A DNA stretch of 64,000 nucleotides from Mustelus asterias (Eukaryota): NCBI RefSeq assembly GCF_964213995.1, contig NW_027590255.1, positions 310,001 to 374,000 of the forward strand, read 5' to 3'. Position 1 is the stretch's first letter. Each line of letters starts with the position of its first letter. Positions 1 through 11,199 of the stretch are shown piece after piece. The notes below the pieces were generated by a model. That model had not been told where the DNA came from. It was given only the letters and a program-made list of their open reading frames with translations, and did no database searches. The translations under genes were made by a program, and so were the position numbers.

Positions 1-200
1 CACTTTCTATCACAAAATAATTATCCTTCCTAAGGTAAGGGGACCAAAACTACACACAGTTCTCCAGGTGCCGTCTAACCAAGCTGCTATACAATTAAAG
101 TAAGGCTTCACTTCTGCTGTACTCAAAACCTTTTGCAATAACGTCCAACATATCATTAGCCTTCCTAATTGCCATCTGGACCTGCATGTTAACATCTTTA
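1..200 (-). mobile_element. Old CR1 LINE ORF2 fragment
   Basis: Minus strand reads like CR1 C-terminal VRxHLExCVxFWSPYLRK with stops. Confidence 0.6.
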
Positions 201-1340
201 GTCCTTTTGTACATCTACATTTTCTTATCTTTTATCTTGACAGGTATATATCACAGGAATAAAACAAATTCATCCACTCACAGATATAAAACACGGTGTC
301 ACCTTGATCACACATTAAGTAACAATTCTTCGCTCAGACAGATAAAAGATAATTGTACAATACTGAATAAATTACAATTAATTACCTGATAAATATGTAA
401 ATGAATCCAAAAAAGCTCAATATGAGTAAGACAGAAAGATGTAACAGCAATTCCTTTGCTTCCAATTGCAGGAATTGCTTCCCAGGTTATGTATCCAATT
501 GTTACCATTCACAGAATTACAAATTGAATACTCACACACAGCTGCTGAATATAAACAGGGACAGTCAAATGTACTGGAAATCTACATGAAAAAATAAATT
601 GAAAGATGAACAAATATCAATACATTATGTTTTTAGCATGCAGTGTTTATCACAATGTCTGAGATACATGTAAAGTTAAAGTACAGAAGTATCCCACACT
701 TCAACACAACGCAAGAGACACATGGATAAAGATTGATTCCTACACCCACATGGATAATCAGAGAATCACAGATGTAAAATTAATCCTACTTTCTCAAACT
801 CTCTAGAGACAGATGGAAGAACAAGGAATTCCAAAACATACTAGAGAATGACAACTACAGAATGATACCTACATTCAAACTTTTGTTTTGAGAAACAGTG
901 AAGCAAAATGAAGTCCACTCTCACACAGTATCACAAGTAGCATCCATAGAATGAACCCTGCATTCACACACAACACCACAGACAGACAGAAAAGCACACC
1001 CAGATGTTGTACCAGAGACCGATGCATACAGTATGATTCAGACACTTATGCAGTTACTCAATGACACATGCCTGCAGAACTGAAATCAAACTCCCATTCA
1101 ATTCAAGACACTGGCATGAGCAGAATTTACCCCATATTAACATACACAGTGGAGACTGATATAGTGCGTGAGTCACAAAATTATGTTCAGCCAATCTCAC
1201 ACATGCAAGCTGGCAATCAACAGACAAATACACATTTTGTTTCACATACTGTACCCAATACTTACAGGCACATAATTAATCACATTCTGTACATGAAATA
1301 GAGAGATGCTATTTCAGTCCCACACTCAGCCTCACTGATT

Positions 1341-1672
1341 TAGAATAGGATCCCTCCAGTGCAGAAGGATGTTATTTGACCCATCAAGTCTGCACTGACT
1401 CAGCATTTTACCCAGGCCCTATCCCCATAACCCCACAAATTTACCACGGCTACATACCCTAACTACACATCTTGGGATACCAAGGGGCAATTAACATGGC
1501 CAATCCGAATAACCTGCACAACTTTGAACTGTGGGAGGAAACCAGTGCACTTGGAGAAAACCCATGCAGATAAGGGGAGAATATGCAACCTCCACAAAGA
1601 CAGGCGTCCGAGGCCGGAAACGAACCTGGGTCCCTGGCATTGTGAGGCAGCTCTCTAACCATTGTGTCGCCC
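1341..1672 (-). mobile_element. HE1-like tRNA-derived V-SINE
   Basis: Reverse complement aligns with the copy at 14114-14457. Confidence 0.75.
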
Positions 1673-2014
1673 GTTCTTGCAGTGTACTTCACAAATGGTG
1701 CACACTGTGTATGAATGGTTGAGGGAGTAAATGCTGAAGCTGGTGAATGGTTTGCAAGTGAAACCAAAAACTAGATTTGTTTCTGAGATTCTTTGGTGTT
1801 GTTGGAGGTGCACTGACCAGTGAGTGGAGAGTATTCCATTCCTTACCTAAATGTGGTATTCAATTGTGAAAAGTCTGTTGGAAAATAGGTCAGTCACTAG
1901 CTATGGACATGCTCTGTTCTATTTTTAAAGCCAAAGTCATATTGTGACAGGATACAAGAAGTACCTTGTACTCATTTATCGTTAATTACAGTCACAGAAT
2001 GATGACCATGCTAA

Positions 2015-2610
2015 AACATAATTAGAAGATAAGAAATTGGAGCAAGAGTCGGCCATTCGGCTCTTCGAGTCCACATTGCCATACAGTGAGATCATGACTG
2101 ATTTTCCACTTCAACACCATTTTCCTGAACTATCCCCGTAACCCTTGATGTTTTTGATATGTAGAAATCTATCAATCTCACTCATGAACATATTTAATGA
2201 TTAAATCTCCTCATATCTCTCCGCATTGCTTCTATCTGCAAAATTGTTGTCCATTCGCTCAGCCTCTTCAAATACACACAAAGAGTCTTTGCCTCCTTCT
2301 CACAACTCACACATCCACCTTGTTTGTGACAGCTACCAATTTGGAAATATTACCTTTAATCCCAAATCATTGATACACAGATTGTAGAAAGCAGTGGCCC
2401 AAACACTGATCCTTGTGGTAGCCCACTTGTCATAGCCTGCTAACTTGAAAATGACCCATTTGTTCCTACTCTCAGTTTTCTGTCCATCAGCTCGTTCTCA
2501 GTCTATTCCAGGACATTCTCTCCCCCAGCACCACCACCACCCCCCCCCCCCCCCCCCCCCCGTGCTCTCATTTTCTTTATTTGCCTCTGGTGTGGAACCG
2601 TATCAAGGCG
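2015..2610 (-). mobile_element. Degenerate CR1 LINE fragments (3' tail and RT)
   Basis: CR1 tail motif and cactgatccttgtgg (PQGSV on minus strand); interrupted by a poly-C run. Confidence 0.55.
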
Positions 2611-2990
2611 TGTAGCCAGTAATATCCAATTCTGATTCCACTCCTTCTTGCAGTCAGCTTTTTGTTTTAGCAACAATGTCAATGTGGCTGTTGCTCATCA
2701 AACTTATTCCCCTTCCACACGCCCAGATATTGTACACTGCCAGCTCCCGGTGATGGGCGGAAGTAAAGCAGAGCAGTTGGTGCTGGTGAGGAAGGGGAAA
2801 TGTATGAACAGTATCAGCAGTCTGATAGAGTGATGTGGGATTAGCAGCAGAGAGAATGCGCTGGTGCGGCAGAGGGAGTGAGAGAGTCAGTGGGTTGGGT
2901 GGATCGGGGCGGACAAGGGGAAAGGACGGATTGACAACAGACTGGTTGCTGCTCAAATCCACAAACTATGTGTTTGTGTATCTGAACTAA

Positions 2991-3099
2991 CCAATCAGAG
3001 AGAGAGCGTCACGAATTGACATCATTGTGAATGAGCCAATGGGGAACAGGGCTTTCAGCAATCCTTCATTAGCATAGCCTCTGCTTTGGTCTATAAAAG
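2991..3099 (+). promoter_or_regulatory. H2B promoter: CCAAT x2, octamer variant ATTAGCAT, TATA
   Basis: ccaat 2991 and 3036, attagcat 3068-3075, tataaaag 3092-3099; mirrored at ~58266-58374. Confidence 0.8.
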
Positions 3100-3150
3100 A
3101 GGAGTTCCGAGCGCGACTCAGTGATTCTGTGTCTGAAATTAACTGTGAGG

Positions 3151-3525
3151 ATGGTGGATGAGAAGAAAGCAGCTCCTAAGAAGGGGGCGAAGAAAGTGAT
3201 TAAGAAACCGGTAGTAAAGGGCGGCAAGAAGCGGCGAAAGTCGAGGAAGGAGAGTTACTCCATCTACATCTACAAAGTGATGAAGCAGGTTCACCCCGAC
3301 ACCGGCATCTCCTCCAAGGCCATGAGCATCATGAACTCGTTCGTGAACGATATTTTCGAGCGCATCGCGGGTGAGGCTTCCCGCCTGGCCCATTACAACA
3401 AGCGCAGCACCATCAGCTCCCGGGAGATCCAGACCGCCGTGCGCCTGCTGCTGCCCGGGGAACTGGCCAAGCACGCCGTGTCGGAAGGGACAAAGGCGGT
3501 GACCAAGTACACCAGCTCCAAGTAA
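3151..3525 (+). CDS. H2B: Histone H2B, 124 aa
   Basis: MVDEKK...[21 protein letters not shown]...KYTSSK; intronless; stem-loop follows. Confidence 0.98.
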   Translation: MVDEKKAAPKKGAKKVIKKPVVKGGKKRRKSRKESYSIYIYKVMKQVHPDTGISSKAMSIMNSFVNDIFERIAGEASRLAHYNKRSTISSREIQTAVRLLLPGELAKHAVSEGTKAVTKYTSSK

Positions 3526-3561
3526 AACCCCCCATGGACTGAAAAACATCCCAAACACAAC

Positions 3562-3577
3562 GGCTCTTTTAAGAGCC
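3562..3577 (+). terminator. Histone 3' stem-loop (H2B)
   Basis: ggctcttttaagagcc, then purine-rich gaaaaag. Confidence 0.95.
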
Positions 3578-4606
3578 ACTCACAATCTCCCTGAAAAAGC
3601 TATATCATCCATTTAGTTTCAATTAATCTTTCACGCTGAAGCGTCTCGAACAATCTAATTGTTGTTTTTACTGTTGATCAATGATAGGTACTGAGTAATG
3701 CAAGTTGATCGCCCAGCGTCTGATTAATAATGTTTCATGAATTAATTAATTGGTTTCCGACCGCCTCTGCACTTAGATCTCAGAGGCCCGTTTCCCCGAC
3801 TTTAGCGAGAGAGAGAGCTAATGGAGCAAATGTGTCAGCTTCCAATTCTGTTCCAGTTTGGTCTTAATAATCGATCAGTTTATTCCCTATCAGCCCCGAT
3901 TGTGCAGGAACCTCAGTCTCGGCACTGGTCAATTTACACCGAAAATGTTCACTCCCCTCTTGATTCTCACGAATATGGAGAACATCCCGTCCGTTTACAG
4001 AACGATGTCAATGAGACTTTCTGGCGGCGAGTTCGAGAGTTTTAAAAAGGGCCGAGATTAACCCCGAATGGATCCAGGATTCTAAAAGCAAATCTGCAAC
4101 TTGGGGTGAAATGGTGCAAACACAGACTGATGTTTTAAACACTTTGTTGTTCAACAGTTAATTATTGAGAGATTTTATTTGAAATGTATTTCTTGTTTTA
4201 TAAATACATCTGCGAACTTTTCAAAAATGAATAGTGAAAATTTTGTTATTTTCGACTTTTCCGAAAAACCCAGGCTGAAAATCAGAAACTGCCAGATCCA
4301 GGTTAACTATAGACTGGGGAAGGAGAGAAAGGGAGATTCTTACATTACTCAAAATTAATTAACCATTACCTATTCGTATAATTTTCGAGACTCTTGTTCT
4401 TTCCGCTTTGGCGGCTTTTACAGTTTGAAATGAAATCGGTTGGAATCTGAGATTTTGGCGCCGTTATTTTCCGCCCTCACTCCGTGGGCTCTCCGGATTG
4501 GTGAGTTAAGCAGATTTCTGATTGGTCATATGAACAAGATGCTGAGAGGCAGCAACAAAGTGACCAATCAGCAATGTCCGCACCTCCATTCCTCCCGGAG
4601 CTATAA

Positions 4607-5056
<450 letters not shown>

Positions 5057-5086
5057 AGCGACCATTCTTTAATCTGATAACCCAAA

Positions 5087-5102
5087 GGCTCTTTTCAGAG
5101 CC
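5087..5102 (+). terminator. Histone 3' stem-loop (H2A)
   Basis: ggctcttttcagagcc. Confidence 0.95.
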
Positions 5103-6736
5103 ACTCACTTTTTCTGGAAAAGGGCGATCTATTGTTTGCCCCTCAGATGCTGCGCTGCTATTCACAGTCCAGCTGTTTCCCGCTTTGTTTTATCAATCCG
5201 GAGTTCCCCCTGTGTACGATAGTAAATAGACCCCATCAGTCTCGCAGCAGATAGAGGAATTCATCAGGCGAATACACCATCCACATTACGATAGTATTGT
5301 CACAGGCAGTATTTTAATGCATGCAAGTTGCTGTTTTTTATTAATAGTTGATATCTGGAACTCGGGTTCTGATTTCAGTTAATCAACAATTTCATCATTT
5401 GCGCCGTTTTTTGTGCAGCAAATAACCATCTGTGCAAACTAAGACTATTCCATTCTTACACAGATTATTACAGGTACAGAGAGGATTTGAAGTCTATCTT
5501 CCGCCACTTAGTGCGTTAGACTCGATCTCCGACCCTTTTCTCTCAAGCCCATTCAGATTTAACATATAAACTCACAGGATCAGTGAAAGGGCTGCTTCCT
5601 GGCAGCAGGGAGTCAGAGATGGAGTTATTGTCACGGTGGATTGATCTGTTTCTGATTTGTTTACTGATGTTTTCAGTTCCCTCTCTATATTGAGCTCAAG
5701 TGAATAATTGAACGACATGGTGTCAGAATCAAGGTTTTTATAAATCCTTCAGTTTGCTTCATACCGAGTCCATCCCGGTGCATTATCGACAACAAGGAAG
5801 AATTTCGCAGTTGGAGAATTATATATTTTCCTCTGTCGGATGATCTGGGCGTCGCTCCCGGAACAGAGTAAAGGCGGGAATGAAGAGGTTATTCTCGGGC
5901 TGATCTGTTTCTTCCGCAGCTTTCCCAGAGGACGGAATCAGCGAGATTTCTGCACACACAGGACCTGAGTCCATTGCAGCGCTTGAAGATCTGCCTCCCC
6001 CCGGCGCTCCCTATTCTCCAGACACAAAGCTGCCTGTTCCACCGGCGGGATCGGGCCGGGGATTCTCTCCGCACTTCCCATTGTAACATTCCCGGCCGCT
6101 TTCAGGGGAGGGGATCAGAAATCAGCCGTTTCCCTCTGTCCCTGTGAAGCCTGTGTGAAGGGGTTGGTTGGTGATCTCTATGTTTCTGCTTTTCCACTGA
6201 GCTGAGATTTGCTCCGTTTTAAATTGCTGAACGGGGTCTGATTACCGCTAGTTATAGATAAGAGATTGAGAAATTTAAACTGTTGCTAAAATAGCGCCAG
6301 GATTCTGTGGCGGAAAATACAATAAACAGATTATAAAGTATGAGATTGAAATAGTTTCCTGAACATTCAGGCGTTCCGTTATTTTGTATTTTTCCTGCAC
6401 TGAAATTGGCGGGTTTTTCCAATTTGAAAATGTGAACCAATCAAAACCTCCCATTTCTTCTCCCTGGCTCTCCGATTGGTTAAGAATGTGATTGAAATGT
6501 GAGGGGCCAATCAGAGCTCGAGTCTGGCTGCAGCCTCACAAACCGCTCACAATGATTATTAACAGAGATTAAACTGACGGAATCTGTATCTTCTCTCTCA
6601 CCTGTACTTGAATTTTAAAATATACTTTGTTTCCACAGACAAATTATTGAAGGAACGTGAATAAATGTGATGTCTCCTCCACGCAAGTTACAGGGAAGTG
6701 AGTCGCCAGCTCCTTCTCACGTTGTCTCTGACGGAG

Positions 6737-7980
6737 CTCAGACAGTAAGAAGTCTCACAACACCAGGTTAAAGTCCTACAGGTTTATTTGGCAGCACAAG
6801 CTTTTGGAGTCTCAGGCTCCTTCAGGTGAGTGAGAAGCTGTGTTCACAAACAGGGCACATACAGGCACAAACTCAATTTACAAGATAATGGTAAGAATGC
6901 GAGTCTTTACAGGTAATCAAGTCTTAAAATTACAGACAGTGTAAGTGGAGAGAGGGCCAAGCACTGGTTAAAGAGGTGTGTATTGTCTCCAGCCAGGACA
7001 GTTATTGATATTTTGCCCAGGCAAGTTGTGGGGGTTACAGATAGTGTGACATGATCCCAAGGTCCCGGTTGAGGCCGTCCTCATGTGTGCGGAACTTGGC
7101 TATCAGTTTCTGCTCAGTGATTCTGCGTTGTCATGTGTCGTGAAGGCCACCTTGGAGAATGCTTACTCGAAGATCAGAGGTTGAATGCCCATGACTGCTG
7201 AAGTGTACCCCGACAGGAAGGAAGCACTCCTGCCTGGCGATTGTTGAGCGGTGTTCATTCATCCGTTGTCATAGTGTCTGCATAGTCTCTCCAATGTGCC
7301 ATGCCTTGGGACATCCTTTCCTGCAGCGTGTCAGGTAGACAACATTGGCCAACTCGCAAGAATATGTACCGTGTACGTGGTGGATGGTGTTCTCATGTGA
7401 GATGATGGCATCAGTGTCAATGATCCGGCACATTTACCGAGGTTGCTGTGGCAGGGTTGTGTGGTGTCGTGGTCAATGTTCTCCTGAATGCTGGGTAATT
7501 TGCTGCAGACAATGGTCTGTTTGAGGTTATGCGATTGTTTGAAGACGAGAAGTGAGGGTGTGGGGATGGCCTTGGCGAGATGTTCGTCTTCATACTTGAC
7601 ATGTTGAAGGCTCCGGAGAAGGTGTCGTAGCTTCTCCGCTCTGGGGAAGGATTGGACAATGAAGGGTACTCTGTCTATCGTGTCCTGTGTTTGTCTTCTG
7701 TGGCACATCGGAACTGTCGACCAATGAGTCGAGCACCATATCCTGTTGTTATGAGGGCATCTTTCAGCGTCTGTAGGTGTCTGTTGCAATACTCCTCATC
7801 TGAGCAGATCCTGTGTATACGGAGGGCTTGTCCACAGAGGACGGCTTCTTTAACGTGGATAGGATGGAAGCTGGAGAAGTGGAGCATCATGAGGTTATCC
7901 ATGTGCTTGCGGTACAGTGAAGTGCTGAGGTGACCGTCCTTGATGGAGATGCGTATGTCCAAGAATGCAACCAATTCCTG
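6737..7980 (-). mobile_element. Penelope-like retroelement, 3' part (RT C-terminus, GIY-YIG endonuclease, 3' UTR), degenerate
   Basis: ORF 7675-7992 FLDIRISIKDGHLSTSLYRK...GQALRIHRICSD; NVVYLxRC...HIGET motif near 7270-7350; absent from the mirrored arm. Confidence 0.85.
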
Positions 7981-8106
7981 ACACACAGACATCTTATTAG
8001 TTCAACGGTCTCAGAGAGCAGAAATAGTTGCAGACACATTTTCAATCCATCAATCAAACAGAGCAGGAGAGACAGACATTTTTGTCCATGTGACTCTAAA
8101 TATCCT

Positions 8107-8189
8107 ACCAGGATGGCCGGGTGGTTAAGCGGTTGGACTTAAGATCCAATGGACTTATGTCTGTGTGCATTTGAACCGCACTCCAATTA
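8107..8189 (+). pseudogene. tRNA-Leu(TAA) pseudogene
   Basis: accaggatggccgggtggttaag...cttaaga; T-arm/B-box and 3' acceptor strand mutated versus 54161-54243. Confidence 0.85.
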
Positions 8190-8199
8190 AATGGACTTT

Positions 8200-8337
8200 T
8201 AACACTACATTCTGCACCCTCTCCTTTCCTTCTGCTCTATGTGCTGTATGAACTGTCTGCTTTGTCTGTATAGCACGCAAGAAAACAATACCTTTCACTG
8301 TATACCAATGCATGTGACAATAATAAATCAAATCAAA
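8200..8337 (+). mobile_element. Rex1/Babar LINE 3' tail
   Basis: Matches 3' end of 41600-43238; ends aataaatcaaatcaaa. Confidence 0.75.
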
Positions 8338-8639
8338 CCCAGTACCATTGATAGTGGGATCCATAAATCCAAGTCCAAATTGACTCCTGCCATCAGATCA
8401 TCACAGTGTCAATCCCACAATAGAGCAGCCTTAGCTCCAAATTAAATATATGATAAAACTGACACATGGATTCTAATTAAAAGTTACACAATGAACATTA
8501 ATAATGTACTCTGAGATTCGACTTAAATACATCACGCAAATCAGGGGTTTTGAATTGACTGTACTAATGGCCACAGTGAATATTCACAAATACATTTGAT
8601 ACAAATCCAAATCTGAAATACATTCTCAGATTGAGGTAT

Positions 8640-8778
8640 GATTTGATTTATTATCGTCACATGTATTAGTAAATAGTGAAAAGTATTGTTTCTTGCGTGC
8701 TATACAGACAAAGCATACCATTCACAGAGAAGGATAGGAGAGAGTGCAGAATGCAGTGTTACAGTCATAGCTAGGGTG
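8640..8778 (-). mobile_element. Rex1/Babar LINE 3' tail
   Basis: Same tail in reverse orientation. Confidence 0.7.
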
Positions 8779-8809
8779 CTGAGGCCATCTTCACCGCCCC
8801 ATATGGAAC

Positions 8810-9055
8810 AGTGTGAGTGAGAGGAAACAGAGAGCAGTGGTTAATGGTTGTGTTTCAGACTGGAGGAAGGTTTCCAGTGGAGTTCCCAGGGCTCGGTGTT
8901 AGGAGCCCTGCTCTTCCTGATATATATTAATGACACACACCTTGGTGTACAGGACTCAAGCTCAACATTTCCACACGCCACCAAACTTGGAGGCATTGGC
9001 AACTGTGAGGAGGAAAGTGGGAAACTTCAATAAGACACAGCCAGCTTGGTGGAAT
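8810..9055 (+). mobile_element. CR1 RT fragment
   Basis: QGSVLGALLFLIYIND...TKLGG; mirrored at ~48785-49035. Confidence 0.75.
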
Positions 9056-9312
9056 GGGAGTGGTACAGTGGTTAGCACTGCTGCCTCACTGCGCCAGGGA
9101 CCCGGGTTCGATTCCTGGCTTAGGTCACTGTCGATGCGAAGTCTACACAATCTCCCCATGTCTGCATAGGTTTCCTCTGGTCATTGGTCATGCTAAATGC
9201 TCTCTCAGTGTACCCAAACAGGCGCCAGAGTGCAGTGACTAGAGAGTTGTCAGAGTAACTTCATTGCAGTGTTAATGTAAGCCCTACTTGTGACACAAAT
9301 AAATAAACTTTA
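9056..9312 (+). mobile_element. tRNA-headed SINE (HE1-type head, different tail)
   Basis: cagtggttagcactgctgcctcac...gggttcgattcc; absent from mirrored arm; relative at 34780-35088 (-). Confidence 0.7.
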
Positions 9313-9414
9313 CAAGTGGCACTGGGGAATGTTCCAGCACAGATTGCCCTGTGGCTGTGCCTGGGCAAGTCAGTGTCCTGGATAGAGCACTTTCCGGGGC
9401 ACAGAGCATTGTTT

Positions 9415-9720
9415 TTATTAATTCATGTGATGTGGGCATCACTGGCTTGTCAGGCCATTTCAGAGGGCACTTAAGAGTCAACCACATTGCTGTGTGTCTG
9501 GAGTCACATGTAGGCCAGAACAGTAAATTTGGGCAGATTTGCTTGCCTGAAGGAGCATCAGTAAATGAAGTGGGTTGTCATGACGTGGTCATCATTAGAC
9601 CTTAATTCCAGTTTTTTTTTAAGTTCAAATTGCACTCTCTGCTGTGGTAAAATTTGCTCCCATTGCATTACACTGGATCACTAGTCCAGTGACAATACCA
9701 CTACACCATTACCTCCCCAT
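9415..9720 (-). mobile_element. SacSINE1-like SINE
   Basis: Reverse complement similar to 21561-21920; mirrored at 48303-48655. Confidence 0.65.
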
Positions 9721-10284
9721 GTGGGAACTGCGGCCGCCATGAGTGGATATTAGGAAGTGTTTTATCTCATGCTGATTGTCAGTGAGCTGAAACATGAACT
9801 CTGTTTCTCTCTTTGCAGATGCTACCTGACCTGTTGTGTATTCCAGAATTTTCACCTTGTTTCAAAATTCCAGTGGCCACATGATTTTACCAGTGAATTA
9901 TTGTAGCTGTTGCTCAGAGAAATGAGGCCAGAAATGGACAAAGAATCCATTTGAACCAGGGTGGATGTTGGTTGTGAAAATTGGTGTCTCACTTTCTGTG
10001 AAGGTATGTTCTTGTTGGCTGGCTTTGAACTGGAGTGTTGATGGAGGAAAAGCTGATGGGTTTAACCCTGAGTACATTTGAGACCAGTCGGGCCCAAACA
10101 TTTCTCATCAAGGTGTCCTGTACAGTAACAGAGACTGACAGAGACATTGCACACTCATATAAAATTAGTAATGGAAAGGGAATCAGTTCTGCACTCATAT
10201 GCAGTGTCAAACGTAAGTTAATTCCACACTGAAATACTGAAACAGAGACTAAGAGAGTTAGTTCCACATTGACATCAAATCAGA

Positions 10285-11198
10285 ACATATGAAGCAGGAG
10301 TAGCAGAAGGCAATTTGTTCTTTCGGGTTGCCCCACCATTCAGTAAGATCGTGGTTGATGTGATTATGGCCTCAACTCCATTTTATTGCCTGCCCTATAA
10401 CCCTTGTCTCTCTCGTAGATCAAAATTCTTCCTACCTTAGGATGGAATCTAATCAATGCCAAAAATTAAGGACACTTTGAGAGGAGAAATTCCTTCTCAT
10501 CTCCATCTTAAGTGGGGCATACTTTATTTTTAAACTGTGTCCTGTAGTTCCAATTTTGCCCATAAATGGAAACATTCCTCTCAACATCTACTCTGTCCAG
10601 TCTCCTCAGATTCTTCAATATGATCATCTCTCATTCTTCTCAACTTCTATGATATTAGCTTAACTTGATTAAACTTTCCTCATAAGATGACTCCTTCGTC
10701 TTAGCAATCAACCAAGTGAATCTTCATTGCCTACAATACAAGTGTTTCCCTCTTTAAATCAGAGAAAGCATATAAACGTGTAGACTCAGCAATGCCATGT
10801 ATTTGCAGCAACATTTCCCGACTTTTATACTCCACATATGTCCTTATAATTACAGTTAGATCCTCTGTACTGTAACATTCTGCTGTCTCTTCCTCTAATT
10901 AAATAATGTTCTGCCTTCCAATTCTTCCCACTGAAGTGGAAAGCCTCACTCTTTCCTGCATTGTATCCTACCTGCCAGATTTGTGTCCACTCACTTAACC
11001 TCTCTATATCCCCTTGCAGACTTTTTGTGTCCTCCTCACAACCTGCTTTCCCACTTACCTATATATTGCCTGAAAATTTGGTGTTGATCTGTCCCTTCAT
11101 CTGGGTCATTAGTATAGATTGTAAATAGCTGAGAACCCAGCACTGATCCCTGTGGCTCTCTGCAAGCAGCAGTTTGCTAAGCTGACAGTGACCCACTT
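10285..11198 (-). mobile_element. Old CR1 3' portion
   Basis: Degenerate CR1 tail and QGSVLG motif; partly mirrored at 47265-47740. Confidence 0.55.
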
Positions 11199-11199
11199 C

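Noticed and set aside
2539-2561. Poly-C run as a regulatory G-quadruplex
   Set aside because: Homopolymer within a decayed CR1; length unreliable and no other support
3139-3579. Long antisense ORFs over histone genes (also 4601-5065, 22619-23071, 28827-29291, 55929-56393)
   Set aside because: Shadow ORFs caused by GC-rich histone codon usage
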